64,000 bases of DNA from Octopus vulgaris (GCA_951406725.2 OX597837.1:17546001-17610000), one strand, 5' to 3'; shown: positions 24,920 through 39,482, counted from the stretch's first letter. Made by a program: numbers and translations. Notes: generated by a model from the letters alone, not told the origin.

Positions 24920-27490
24920 CTACAGACATCGGACATAGAAGGTAGCTGGAAATTCTGACGGGACAACTTACTAAGCGCCTCAGACCAAGTCTGTGGCTGG
25001 TGCAAAATCCCTTCCAGACCTAGAGTTACGTGGTGGTGGAATAGTACAGAAGACAAGGCGAGAAGGGCAAAGAAACAGGCCTGGAAAGCCTGGAAGGATG
25101 AGGGTAGCTGGGGACGGTACCAGGTAGCCAGAAGGGAGGCTAGGCGGCAGGTATACATAGCCAAGAGCGTAGCGGAAAAGAAGTTTGCCAATGTCCAGAG
25201 ACGTGAGGACCAAAGAACTGAGGTATTTCGGATTGCAAGACAGTGTGTGAGAGAAAATTGTGATGTCACAGGGGAGAAATGTGCTCGAATGGATGATGGG
25301 GCACTTGCTCTTTGTGATTCTGAAAAGAAAGAGGCTTGGAGAAGCCACTATGTGAGACTGCTGAATGTGGAGAATGAGTGGGAGGAGAGCCTGCCAAATG
25401 TTGACCCAGTAGAAGGACCAGCTATCTGTATAGATAGCTCCGTAGTAGTTAAGGGAATGAAGCCAGGAAAAGCCCCCGGCCCATCAGGAATCACCGCTGA
25501 GATGCTTAAAACATCTGGTGGTGTGGGCTACGGCCTAGTCACCAGCATTGTAAACCAAGTAGTTCAAGATGGAGTCATACCCAATGACTGGCGTAGCAGT
25601 ACCATAGTCAACTGCTACAAGGGTAAAGGTGATGCTCTAGATAGAAATAACTACAGGGGTATCAAACTGCTGGATCAGGTAATGAAGGTCACAGAGAGAG
25701 TCATAGCCCAACTAATTAGGGAGAGAGTTAGCATAGATGAGATGCAGTTTGGTTTTGTTCCTGGCAGAAGCACCACTGATGCCATATTCATGGTTCGACA
25801 ACTGCAGAAGAAATACCTAGCCAAAAATACTTAGCTTTTGTGGACTTGGAGAAAGCCTTTGATAGGGTCCCACGATCCCTTATCTGGTGGGCGATGTGGA
25901 AACTGGAGATTGACGAATGGTTAATAAGGGCTGTACAAGCTCTCTACAGAGAGGCTAGTAGTAAGGTTAGAATTGGTAATGAGTACAGTGAAGAATTCAG
26001 GGTAGAAGTTGGCATCCACCTAGGCTCAGCCCTCAGCCCCCTTCTATTCATCATTGTCCTCCAGGCAATAACAGAGGAATTTAAGACAGGTTGTCCCTGG
26101 GAGCTCCTCTATACCGATGACCTAGCCCTTGTAGCAGAATCAAAGAAATTTCGTGTGTGGAAGCTAGGTTTATAATCATAAGGTCTTAGAGTCAATGTAG
26201 CAAAGACCAAAGTTCTAGTAAGTAGGAAGGCAAACTCACCACACACCCCTTCAGGTAGGTGGCCCTGCTCGATCTGTAGAAAAGGTGTAGGTAGAAACTC
26301 CATAAGATGTACCCAGTGTAAGCTATGGAGACATAAGAGGTGCAGCAATATCAAAGGAAAATTATCCGAGAAGATAGCTTTCGTGTGTGGCAGATGCACA
26401 GGAGCAATTGACACCATTGATACTCAGAAAACAGGTTCCATTACACTCTTTGGGGAGAAACTAGAAGTAGTTAGTAGTTTCTGCTACCTAGGTGACCAAG
26501 TTAGTAGCAGGGGTGGATGCTCAAAGAGCGTTACCACCAGAATAAGAATAGCTTGGGCAAAGTTTAGGAAGCTTCTCCCCTACTGGCGACAAAGGGTCTC
26601 TCGCTCAGAGTGAAAGATAGGTTGTACGATGCATGTGTGCAAACTGCCAGGCTTCATGGCAGTGAAACGTGGGCTGTGACTGCGGAGGACATGCGTAGGC
26701 TTGAAAGAAATGAAGCTAGCATGATCCGCTGGATGTGTAATGTCAGTGTCCATGCATGACAGAGTGTAAGCGTCCTGAGAGAAATGTTGGGCATAAGAAG
26801 CATTGGATGCAGCATGCAGGAGAGACGATTGCGTTGGTATGGTCATGTACTACGGATGGATGAGGAGAGATGTGTGAAGTGCCACTCCCAAACTGTTGAA
26901 GGAACCCGGGGTAGAGATAGACCCAGGAAGACATGGGACGAGGTGGTCAAGCATGACCTTTGTACTTTGAGCCTCACAGAGGCTATGACGAAAGACCGAG
27001 ACCTCTGGAGATATGCCGTGACTTCGAAGACCCGACAAGTGAAGTGAGTTCATGGCTCACAGGACAGCCTGCTGCGCTGACCTTAGATCATAGAGTGACC
27101 CACTGTTCTTGAGGAGACCTGTTGAGTCAAGTTCGTCAACATCAAAAATTCGAATGGTAATTGTAGTTAAGACACCAGTGCTGGTGACACGTAAAAGCAC
27201 TGTTCGAGCGTAGCAGTTACTAGCGTTGCCTGACTAGTGTCCGTGACACATAAAAGCACCAACCGATCGTGGTCGTTTGCCAGCCTGTGCTGGCTTCTGT
27301 GCCGGTGGCACATAAAAAACAGCCACTACACTCACGGAGTGGTTGGCGTTAGGAAGGGCATCCAGCTGTAGAAACACTGCCAAATCTGACTGGAGCCTGG
27401 TGCAGCCTTCATGGCTTACCAGACCCCGGTCGAACCGTCCAACCCATGCTAGCATGGAAAACGGACGTTAAATGATGATGATGATGATGA
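24920..27490 (+). mobile_element. Degenerate RTE LINE, same family as 46389-49997
   Basis: Colinear RT ORF pieces (NNYRGIKLL, DLEKAFDRVPR, LLYTDDL), Cys-rich insert and (GAT)n tail. Confidence 0.92.
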
Positions 27491-27732
27491 TATATATATA
27501 TATATGTATGTATGTGTGTGTATATGTTTGTCCCCCAACATTGCTTGACAACCAACGCTGGTGTGTTTACATCCCCATAACTTAGCGGTTCGGCAAAAGA
27601 GACCGATAGAATAAGTACTAGGCTTACAAAGAATAAGTCCTGGGGTAGATTTGCTCGACTAAAAGCGGTGCTCCAGCATGGCCACAGTCAAGTGACTGAA
27701 ACAAGTAAAAGACAAAGAGAAAAAGAAAGAGA

Positions 27733-27997
27733 GGTGTCTTGGGGAAATTTCGAACCTGGGTTAATAAGGTGTTTTTTGATATTATTATTATTATTATTCA
27801 GGTCACTTCCTGGAATTGAATTCGATTCCAGGCAGTGACCTGAATAATAATAATAATAGCATTGAAAAATCCCTTAGGAATGAGAACCTAGGTTCAAAAT
27901 TTCCCCAAGACACCTGATGAAGGCTGGAGGGTATATCAGCCGAAACATGTTAACAACAAACAAAATGAGGACAAATATCGGTCAAATGTAAATAATG
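27733..27997. mobile_element. Fold-back copy of the hammerhead-bearing SINE
   Basis: Arms inverted around gaattc (~27818); the plus arm has B box, (AAT)n, body and CTGATGA-AGGCTG..CAGCC-GAAAC. Confidence 0.75.
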
Positions 27998-28453
27998 ATC
28001 ACATACCTGAATCGACCAAGGGATAAATGAAATTACCAGTCTTTGACTATATATTTTTATTGTGTAAGAACTATTTGCTGGTATGCCACAGTAATGCACA
28101 CATGAAATTTGTCACTGAATTTATTCTTGTGTGTGCATCTCCATGGCATACCTGCAAATAGTTCTTACACTATTTATATATAGTCATAGACTGGCAATTT
28201 GATTATTTGACCCTAGTTTAATTCAGTTACATGATGTTGATAAGCCCCAAAAATGGCAAAATATTAGTATCCTTCACTCTTTAACTCAATGAGAGGCAAG
28301 TTTTTTTGCCTGTCTGTGATTATGACTTTCAGGTGTTTAACACCCAACCTTATAAAAGAATTATTCCCCAAGTGTTATACCCCAGCAAATTGGCAAACAA
28401 ACAAAGCACATACTATTAATTCATTATTGAATATATATGTATGTATCTATATC

Positions 28454-28498
<45 letters not shown>

Positions 28499-29252
28499 AG
28501 CAACTCCAGATCATCAGCATTGCTCAGGCTCATCACAGATTTCACATAAGACACATGCCTGCTTGAAGAATTACATGTTTTTCCACTTAATTTCTAGCCC
28601 CAAATGACTTTTTTTTTTTTTTATATCTAGCATTATGTCTTTCTCCATTTTTAAGTTAAGGGTACAAATAAAACACTCCTGCAAAACACAACTGATCTTT
28701 ACACACAGACACACAGAATAACAGCAATCAAATAACGACAGTGAAGTGCACAACAAACATCAGAGATGCCAGTTAGTCTTTTACACCTACCAGGCTCATT
28801 CGTATTAGCCCGAGTTGCTGGATAATTTGTCATTCCTTTAAGAATATTGTAGAATGGAAACTTTTCATAGATTGGAATTTAAAACCTAATCACTATCAAA
28901 ATTTATTGTTTTAAAGAAACATTGAATTTGAATTACTTTTAATTTTTACGAATATATTTAACAACTCAAGCTGTAACTGCTGAGCGTGAGTCTGGCGCAT
29001 ATGAACGATATCGAGAGAACCTCTGCTACAAATGATATTTTTTGACACAGGGCACCTCTAAGATGACCGCCAGACACTGAATGAAAATAAATGAACTACA
29101 ACCAGGCTCAATAAAAGGAGCCCAAGTTATTGGCTGCAATTACATACTTGAAGTCAGAGTTGGCAGAAACTAAATCAGTTTGCAAATACCCGTTCACTTA
29201 ACTAAATTTATAGTTGGACTAAGCTCAAACAGCCCGAGTGCTGGAGTCGCCA

Positions 29253-29296
<44 letters not shown>

Positions 29297-29465
29297 AATT
29301 GAGATAGGGGTTGTAAATGCAACCATCCATGGGATAACATATATCCAATATACTGCTAGTGAAGTACCCAACAAAGTTAATACATAAATGTTAATGATTG
29401 CGATGCAATCAATTCATTTACTGTATTATATGGGCAAAGGTAAAATGATTTACCACAAATTACTA

Positions 29466-29894
29466 ATACAAGATAAGAAAATGGAGAAATACATCTAAAT
29501 CAAATATCAATTACCAGATAATACTCAATCACATACTTTATTAAACCACCACATAAGAGACTGTAGGGTTAAATATAAAAAGCAGAACAAATCAGTGTAC
29601 ATAAAAAAGTGTACATAAAAGAGTAATGTTGTATAATTAGAAGCTGTAAGATCTAATTTATACTTTTATACTTATATTTATATTTACTTGTATTTATATT
29701 CTTTTTTATATATATTCTAATTATTATACAACATTACTCTTTTATGTACATTCCTTTATGTACACTGATTTGTTCTGCTTTTTATATTTAACCCTACAGT
29801 CTCTTATGTGGTGGTTTAATAAAGTATGTGATTGAGTATTATCTGGTAATTGATATTTGATTTAGATGTATTTCTCTATTTTCTTATCTTGTAT
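29466..29894. repeat. Long inverted repeat (arms ~175 bp, loop ~70 nt)
   Basis: 29466-29642 is the near-perfect reverse complement of ~29715-29894. Confidence 0.92.
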
Positions 29895-31262
29895 ATATAT
29901 ATATGTATGTAGCTAAGAATAAACCATTATACTTGACATTCATTGATCTAGAGAAAGCCTTCAATAGATTGCCCCACTGTGTAATATGGTGGGCTCTGCG
30001 GGGGCCAGGGATAGCCAAGTGACTGATGAAAGCTGTACAGGCCATGTACAAAGATGTCTCAGTAAGACGAGAGTTAACCACAAGTACAGCAAAGAATATG
30101 GTGTGCAGATAGGGGTTCATCAAAGCTCAGTCCTTAGTACCCCTCCTTTTCATCATTGCTCTGCAGACCATAACAAAGGAATTCAAGACTGGCAGCCCTA
30201 GGAATTACTATGTTCTGATGATCTTGTCTAACTAACAGATGAACGGTTAGGGGATGATATAACTATAGAAATATCGATAACTTTCTCTCTATAGCATAGT
30301 ATAGATTGGTTAATTATAACTCCATATACGAAGCATTGAGTGAGTTAGTTAGAGAAATGTCGAATGAGAAAACGGTACCTAATGTAAATCAAATCTATCC
30401 ATTGAAGACAATACTTGGTACTTTTTTTTTTTAAATCATAAAAAAATGAAAAAAATTAGGTTTATAAAGCTCATAAGGGAGCGAAGAAGGAATTTGGAAG
30501 AATAATGACTCTTGTTTACTCAAAAGCTGTATTTACAGCTGCATGAAATAATAAGACAGGGAGAAAATGAGGAAAGATAGTAATACAATTGCAATTATAA
30601 AGATTAAGTTTGTATTATACTTATGAAGTCTACTGTTAAGAAAAATAAAAAACAATTTAGGAGATGTAGTAAGAAAAAATATTGAAGGTATAAAGTTAAT
30701 AAATTAGAGAGGATGAAAAGAAATCAAAATTAGTGTAGGGAGATAAATATGAAGAAGCATTGAATATTTTAGGGAGGTTGGAGAAAAGGGAATGTTAAAT
30801 AAAAGAAAGAGAGAGGTTACTGAGAAATGTAATAAATGTATATGAATAATGTTATACAAAAAAAATTACTTTTTATGTATAAATAAAAGTATTCCGTGCT
30901 AAATATTTTATGAGAAAGAGAGGGTATGACTATATGTAGATATAAAAATTATGGTCTTGTACATGAAAATCATACTGTGATAATTTACTGTAAATACTTG
31001 TATGTATAAACAAATATAGAGAGAATGTACGGACAATTATGGACAAATTTTATCATACACTGAAAAATAGGATAATACAAATATGAATGTAGTAGGGAGA
31101 TAATATTATATACAGAGAACTTATATTGTTGTACACACATTTCCATAATAGTTGAAAAAGATATTCATGAAAACTATAGTGGTGATTTTGGTGTAAATGT
31201 ACGTTATTATGTGAAAAAGCCGAAAAAGTACATGGTTTAAAAAAAATATATAAAGATAATAA

Positions 31263-31636
31263 TCTCTATATATAAAGCTGAAGTTGTCTGTGTATGGCAG
31301 GTTTGGTAGCCTTCAACTAACACTATCTCCTTCTAGGCCCTGCGGTGCAAGTTGACCAAAATTGAAAGTATGGTAGAAGGCTTGCTCTTCCTTCTGCAGA
31401 AGAAAAAAATCAAATCAGACCATGTTAGCACCAAAAATTATTTACATCAAAAAGGTGCTTTTTTTTCTGTGAAAGTCCCTATATTTTATGATTTTTTGAC
31501 TGCTGTGTTGCCATTTTTCAGAAAAATGTTCACTTTAAGAGAATAACAAGCTACATAATGCAAAATTTTTACTTTTCAAAAATTCCATTTCTAAAGGGTC
31601 GAAAAAAACCCTAGCAACACCGGGCGATACTGCTAG
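31263..31636 (+). mobile_element. Non-autonomous Helitron-like element
   Basis: A|TC...CTAG|T termini with GC-rich subterminal hairpin (ccctagcaacaccggg); no TSD. Confidence 0.65.
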
Positions 31637-32339
31637 TATATAATGTGTGAAAGATATGTAGGAATATTACAGGTGATTAATTCTGTGTAATAATTATAGA
31701 TTGGAATGCTTATGTACATATGTGAGAAGTATTTGGTTATATAAAAGAATATGATCGTAATGAACAATAATAGACATTATATAGGTTTAGTGCATGTATT
31801 TATTATAATTATTATTATGATTTGGGGGTAAACAGATACATGTAGGGATACATATATAAGTTACAATATTATAGAATAAGTGCATATTATATATACACAG
31901 TAAAGTATATGTATATACAGTCATACACATATAGAGGCACATATACACATGTAAATAAATCTATATATATATACACATACATACATATATATATATACAC
32001 ATACATACATATATATATATACACATACATACATATATATATACATATACAAACACATATACACATACAGACATATATTTATAAAAACATACATAGATTT
32101 GCACACATGGATATGCTCATGCACAACCACTCTAGAACATGCATGTGTATATATGCCAGGATTAAAAATATACTCAATTGTAAGATAGAATAACTAATAA
32201 CATTTGTAAGTATTTAGTGATATAGATATGTTAGGAGTGGAGAGGAAATAAAAATGAAAGTAGTAAATAGACATAGGTATAAAAGGGTATACATATAAAT
32301 AGAAAAATATAGGTATACACAAATACATACAGAAGATGG

Positions 32340-33588
32340 TATTATTATTCATCTATAAATAAAGTGGTTTTAATTAAGGCCCTACCATATGCCATGAGAA
32401 AGGTAAATATGTCATTTGAAGAAGTAAAAGTGGTGTTGGCTGCAAGGAATTCTATTATAAAATATAAAGATAAACAATGGGCAAGAAAAGACACTGATAT
32501 ACCCATGGGTGCCCTGGATTCAGCCGAGGTTACCGATCTAGTAAGTTTATATCTCCTATCTGAACTAGAAATAGAATTTACGAAAATAAGGGAGGTCTTT
32601 ATTGGGACGACCTACTACTTATAACTAGGAATTGTATTAATAGGTTATTAGAATGCCATAAGAAGAAAATGTACAAGTTCTTTAAAACTAATGGCCTAGG
32701 GATATCTATAGAGAATGAGCATTATGCAGTAAATTATCTAGATGTCAACCCTAATCTAATCACTAAGAAGATCCATCCATTCCATAAGCTGAATGAAAAC
32801 CTAAAGTATATTAGTTCTTCAAGTAACCATCCTAGATTAGTTAAAGAAGCCTTAATAAATAATATAGGTAAAAGAATATCTTTGATATCCTCAGATTATG
32901 ACACTTTTAATAAACATGCTCTATATTATAATAAAGCATTAAAAGAAGCATGATACAACTCTAATATAAAATTCTTTAATTATTATGAACACATTAATAA
33001 TAATAATAATAATATAACAAGTATTCCTAATAAAACTAATAATAAATCTAACAGTAAAAATATGAATAATAATAATAATAAAAGACAATATAACAAACTA
33101 AATAAAGAAATATAGTTGTTATTAATGATTACAATAATAATACTAATATTGATAATGAGAATATGAGCAATAGTAAGAAACATAGTAAAGTATACAAGCA
33201 TAGATATAATATACCTAAGAATAACAATTTAATACTGATGAAGTCTACTAATAATGATAATATAACAAGTAAAAAGGATATTATATGGTTAATTATTCCA
33301 TATGGGGCTCAAGTTATGACTAATATTATTAGGGAGACACTTAAAATAGTAAAAAGGGTTTTTAAAAAAGACAATGGTTACTCTTTTACTTGTTTCAGTC
33401 ATTTGACTGCGGCCATGCTGGAGCACCGCCTTTAGTCGAGCAAATCAACCCTGGAACTTATTCTTTGTAAGCCCAGTACTTATTCTATCGGTCTCTTTTT
33501 GCCGAACCGCTATGCGACAGGGACGTAAACACACCAGCATCGGTTGTCAAGCAATGCTAGGGGGACAAACACAGACACTCAAATACAT

Positions 33589-33625
<37 letters not shown>

Positions 33626-34320
33626 CATACATATATATGACAGGCTTCTTTCAGTTTCCGTCTACCAAATCCACTCACAAGGCATTGGTCGGCCCGGGGC
33701 TATAGCAGAAGACACTTGCCCAAGATGCCACGCAGTGGGACTGAACCCAGAACCATGTGGTTGGTTAGCAAGCTACTTACCACACAGCCACTCCTGCAGT
33801 TATTCAAATATATTTTCCAATAAAACCATAAAAGTGGGATACTCAACATCGAGAAACATATGTAATATCATTTCCTCTATAAATAATTATTATAATAGTA
33901 TAATAAATAATAACTCTAGCCATAATATAACCAATAGTGATAGAAGTCTTAATCAACATATAGAAAAATGTTCATGTCGTGATAAGACTAAATGTAAACT
34001 CTCTAATAATTGTAATATTAATAATGTAATTTATAAATGTAGAGTAACCTCTAAGAACAATAATAATAAAATTATAAATAAGGCTTATATTGGATCAACA
34101 GCTAATGAAATTAAAAAAAGAATATCCCAACTCTACCAGACCTTCAAAAATCCTAATTTAAGTAAGTCCACAGGCTTAAGTAAATATATATGAGAACTAA
34201 AATCTAGAAAAAGAGAGTACACCCTTAACTGGAGTATAATAGGTAGAACCCACTCCTATAATGGGAATAACATGTGTTTATTATGCATAACAGAATTTAT
34301 GAAACTACTACTATGATGAA
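32340..34320 (+). mobile_element. Degenerate Naiad-type Penelope-like element (RT + GIY-YIG), interrupted by a SINE
   Basis: PMGALDSAEVTDLV, NYLDV, SNHP and CSCRDKTKCKLSNNC..VIY..YIGS; colinear with the 60392-62620 protein. Confidence 0.85.
33380..33797 (-). mobile_element. tRNA-derived SINE with CR1-like 3' tail
   Basis: Head gcaggagtggctgtgtggtaag...gggttcagtccca; tail gcggtgctccagcatggccgcagtcaaatgactgaaacaagtaaaagag. Confidence 0.9.
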
Positions 34321-34505
34321 TGAGGAGGTAAATGTAGGCACCAAAGTAATTTTACATTTAGTAAAATGAAGAACTGAACCCCCAACCCCTGAATCAAATA
34401 ACAACATAATTTTATTTCTAAAGCACTTGTATAGACTATATGAATAAAAAATAATGCAATAATTTAAATAAATATATGAATTAAATATTACTAAAATTAT
34501 ATGAT

Positions 34506-35133
34506 AACAAACTAGAAAAGCACTTGGAGAGCACAGACCTCCGCCAAGCAGCTCATTTCCACCCATACACACGCATGCTGAAAATCGCCCAATTCTCAAA
34601 ACAACGCCGGCAAAAACATAACCTCCCTGGTGGGGTTAAAAAAAAACACAGCCATATGATTTTTTTTTTAAATACCCTTTAAAAACAGGAATCATCTGAA
34701 GAAGTTATAATACATCAATGACAACAGCAAGCTAGTTTCACCATACAACTAAAAAGAAACAACAATTGCCCAAAACTTGAGTGATACACACACAACATGA
34801 GTAAAATAACTAATAGAGAAACGAAAATAAACTTTGGGATCAGCAACACCACCATAAGTTACGTTGAAACAATGAACATGTTTTCAAGGGAGATAATCAA
34901 AGAACGTAAAATTGTAATACTTCATGTAAAGTAAATATAACAAATGAAAAATCTGCCAAGAATCCATAAAAATTCCCAGATCACTACCAAAAGTTCATCA
35001 TCTTTTCCTTGTGTCATTACCAACTTTTCCTGCAAGTTTCATCAAATACCATTCAGAACTTTTTGAGTTATTTTGCACACAGATGGATAAACCAATGCCG
35101 ATGAAAACAACCTCCTTCCTTGGCGGAGGTAAT
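34506..35133 (+). mobile_element. Helentron-associated (HINE-like) non-autonomous repeat
   Basis: Subterminal acctccgccaag near the 5' end and cttggcggaggt hairpin at the 3' end. Confidence 0.5.
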
Positions 35134-35756
35134 TATATATATCTCCCAATATAGGTAAATTTGAAAATGATAATAGAGGATAATTTAAAATTAAAACAAT
35201 GTATAGTGTAATTACTCCCCTTGGTACTAATCACCTATAAAATCCCATAGTTCCCTGCTATCTTCTTCCTCTAATCATCATTTTAGTACCAGTAAAAAAA
35301 GGAAGATATGTATTTGAATATTTCTTGCTAAATGTCACATTTAAACACAGACATTTTTATTCTGATGTTTAATCTTATATCTCACATTTTGTATTTGACA
35401 TATACTTGATTTTACATGATTAATATATATATACTAATTCATATTTATAATCTACAATTTACAAAGTATAATTCATAATTTTTAATCTTTAATACTTAAT
35501 TGTATTGCTTATTTTTTAAAGGGATGTAAAATTAGATATAATATTTTGAAAAAGAACCTGAAGATGTGTTGGAATAATTGTAAATCTGACGATTGCATAT
35601 ATGTACTTATATATGTGTGTGTGTGTGTATATATACAGTTGTGTATATGTATATATATTGCAATCTTCCAATACTGAAACATGTGTAGTTGCTTCATATT
35701 TAATAAATTTAAGTATTAACTAAAGTAGGAGATAATTAATGAAGTATAATATATAT

Positions 35757-35889
35757 GCAGGAGTGGCTCTGTGGTAAGTAGCTTGCTTACCAACCACATT
35801 GTTCCGGGTTCAGTCCCACTGTGTGGCACCTTGGGCCGACCAAAGCCTTGTGAGTGGATTTGGTAGACGGAAACTGAAAGAAGCCCATC

Positions 35890-35945
<56 letters not shown>

Positions 35946-36170
35946 CTATATGTATGTGTGTGTGTATATGTTTGTGTGTCTGTGTTTGTCACCCATCATC
36001 GCTTGGCAACCGATGCCGGTGTTTACATCACTGTAACTTAGAAGTTCAGCAAAAGAGACTGATAGAATAAGTACTAGGCTTACAAAGAATAAGTCCTGGG
36101 GTAGATTTGCTCGACTAAAGGCGGTGCTCCAGCATGGCTGCAGTCAAATGACTGAAACAAGTAAAAGAAA
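35757..36170 (+). mobile_element. tRNA-derived SINE (same family as 33380-33797 and the 27500-27725 tail)
   Basis: A/B boxes, internal (TA)n, near-identical 3' tail. Confidence 0.9.
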
Positions 36171-36284
36171 ACCCTGCTAGTAATTTTGGTTTTATCCTAT
36201 AAGTATTACTTCATGCTGTGCAAACTGACACCATGAGTTTAACTTCAGATATACTCGTTAGATTATTTTTTCTATTATCTGAAA

Positions 36285-38850
36285 TAGGGAAGGATTGGCT
36301 GACCCTTAAAAAGTCAGTTTGTGATATAGGTAGGAAAGTTCTGTGATATAGGTAGGAAAGTTCTAGGAAAGCATCAAGATTGGTTTAAAGAAAATGATGA
36401 ACATATAGATGATTTATTGGCTGATAAAAGATGTACTTTGTCACGCTATTTGTCAGCAAAGCCACAGGAAAAGGAGGTGTTGCATAGGGAACTCAAGGAT
36501 GTAAAATCACGTGTGAGGCAAAGGCTCTCTCAGATGAGGGATATGTGGTGGAGTAAGAAGGCTGCTGAGATACAGGCAGCATCAAATTCCAATAACACAA
36601 AACTGTTGTATGGTCTCTTGTCAGAAGTTTATGGACCGACTTCTTCTCTGATGACACCACTTCGAAGCAGGGATGGTAAAGAACTTCTTCGTGATTCACA
36701 AGGAATTCTGTGAAGGTGACAAGAACACTTTGATGAACTTCTGAATCAGCAGTCTGTAGTTAGTGAGGATGTTCTCAATCTCATCCCTGGATTATCTGTG
36801 AAGGTGGCTCTTGCGGAACCACTAATGTTGGAAGAAGTTGCAGTGACTGTCTCAAGGATGAATAATGGGAAATCTCCGGGTATGGATGGCATTCATGCAG
36901 AGTTGTTACAGCATGGTGGTGAGAAACTTCTGCAGCAACTTCACTCCTTGTTTATCAGGATATGGGCGAGTGAATCTGTACCTGAGGACTGGCGAGATAC
37001 AGTAATGGTGGGCTTGTATAAGGGAAAGGGCAACAGGAATGATTGTGGTAACTATAGGGGAATATCATTGCTTTCTGTCATAGGAAAGGTTTTATGCAGA
37101 GTACTTCTGGATCATCTGCTGAAACACGTTGCAGATTGTGTTCTTCCAGAAAGTCAATCTGGCTTTCGTGTAGGACACAGCACTGCTAATGTGATCTTCT
37201 CTGCTAGACAGCTTCAGGAGAAGTGTGTGGAACAGGGTCTGGATTTGTATCAGGTTTTTGTCGATCTGACAAAAGCCTTTGATACCGTTAATAGAAATGC
37301 ACTGTGGAAAGACATCCAGAAACTTGGGTGCCCTGAAAAGTTCCTTGCTTTGGTTAGGTCTTTTCATGAAGACATGAAGGGTAGGGTTAATGTTAGTGGG
37401 AAAATGTCGGAGCCCATCTCAATAAAAAATGGAGTGAAACGGGGATATTCTGGCACCGACCCTATTTGCCACATATTTTGCAATGGTTTTCTGTACTGCG
37501 TTCAGAAATTGCTGAGATGGTGTTTACATCCATTATCAAACCTATTGGCAGCATATTTAATATCAGGTGCTTTGCTGCAAAAACAAAGGTATTTACCTCT
37601 ATCATAAGAGACCTTTTGTATGCAGATGATTGTGATCTAGTAGCACACAGAGATTGATATGCAATACATTTTGAATGCATTCTCTGATGCTTGCACTGCC
37701 TTAGGATTGATGGTCAGTCTCAAGAAAACTGTTGTCATGTACCAACCTACCCCTGGTAAGCAGTATAGTGAACCAAATATCTATGTGTATGGTAAACGAC
37801 TTGGTGTAGAGGATCAGTTTGTCTACCTAGGAAGCACTGTTAATAGATGTAGCAATTTGGATAGTGAAATTCCATACAGAATTAGGAAAGCAAATGATGC
37901 TTTCAGAAGGCTAGAAAGGCACCTCTGGAATTAGCAAGACATATGCAAGAAGACAATGATAAAGGTGTACAAGGTGTGTGTGCTCTCTTCTCTTCTCTAT
38001 GCCTGTGAGACCTAGGTCACATAACAGCTGGAAAGTTTCCATCAGATGTGTCTCAGATGGATCTATGGCATTAATTGGGAGCACCACATCAGTGATCTTG
38101 AGATATTGGCAATCTCTTGGTGTGAAAATATAGAAGCTCTTGTGTTGAAGCAAAGTCTCAGATGGAGTGGTCATCTGGTCAGGATGAAAGATTCGAGGAT
38201 GCCAGAACAACTCTTTTATGGAGAGTTAGCTAAAGGAGAATGACCTCCACATAAACCAAAAAAGAGGTATAAAGACTAGCTGAAGGCTTCCTTGAAAGAT
38301 GCTAGCATCTCTCCTGACACATGTGAGGGCATAGCTATTGATCGTAGCAGGTGGAGAAGGATTGTGCACGAGAGGACAGCTACTTTTGAGAAATCTCGAG
38401 TTGCGAATGAGAAAGTAAGGAGGGATGTCAGGAAGGGCATCGCTGTTACACTTCCAGACGATAAGGGTTTTCCTATGATGCTGACATACAGTGTCTGTGC
38501 AAGACCCTGCTTCAGTAAAGCTGATCTCATGAGTCATCTTTGTAGTCATAAAGAAAGACTGATGATTGACTACCAGGTCGCTCGTGGTGGTGCTATACAC
38601 CATACTAATCATAACTGTCAGGTATGTGGAAGGGTGTGTGATTCAGTTGGAGGGTTTAAACGACATGCAAAGATACATGAAGCCCAATTACAATTACAGC
38701 CAGCTATTGCCAGTAAATGTTTTAGCTGCCAATTCTGTACAAGACATTGCAGATCTTTGGCTGGGCTAAAAAGTCACATTCGATCACAGCACTGTTAACA
38801 GTTAAGCTCATGCAATGGCCATACTCGATAACAAGGGGGCACCCATCATA
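36285..38850 (+). mobile_element. Degenerate RTE (BovB-like) LINE with C-terminal C2H2 zinc fingers
   Basis: GKSPGMDGI, NYRGISLLS, FVDLTKAFDTV, LLYADDC, FVYLGS, LRWSGHLVRM; zinc fingers at ~38490-38795. Confidence 0.9.
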
Positions 38851-38911
38851 TCATATGTTTTTATATATATTTATATATATATATATACATACATACATAT
38901 ATATATAAACA

Positions 38912-39233
38912 TATGGTGGCTGCCCCCTCGTTATCGAGTATGGCCATTGCACAAAGCTTAATCAATATTGTTATCGTGCAATGCCTGTGCAAGAAGAATT
39001 TTTTTAAAGTGAGGAAAGGCTGTGCACTGAGTCAATCCCACTCACTAAGCAACAGCAGCCATAATCCGAAAAGAAGAACAAGTCAACATCATCGGTAACC
39101 ACTGAGCCGCAGGTTTTATGTCAGAGTTATCCCAGTTACCTGAGTTACCTTCTCCTAGAAGGATGCCCTAACAAAGGCTAGGAGTCCTTCACTCCCAGTG
39201 GTTTAACCGCGCGATCGGGTATTCAGTCCGATT
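38912..39233 (-). mobile_element. Short non-autonomous RTE-derived element
   Basis: 3' end gcaatggccatactcgataacgagggggc matches the RTE tail at 38810-38845; non-coding body. Confidence 0.65.
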
Positions 39234-39315
39234 ATATAAACATATACAGACATGCATATATGGCGGTGCCCCAGCATGGCCACAGCTCATGAGCTGAAAC
39301 TAGAATCAATCAATC

Positions 39316-39380
<65 letters not shown>

Positions 39381-39482
39381 CCATACATACATACATATAT
39401 ATATGTATGTAACCATACATATATATATATGTATGTCTGTATGTTTATATAATCAGACTGAATACCCGATCGCACGGTTAAA

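Noticed and set aside
32951-34193. In-frame TGA codons in a Naiad element as selenocysteine (Sec-encoding Naiads are known)
   Set aside because: The TGAs align to Gly (A-G-YN) and Trp (I-W-ELK) of the intact copy, not Cys, and the copy also has frameshifts; ordinary decay
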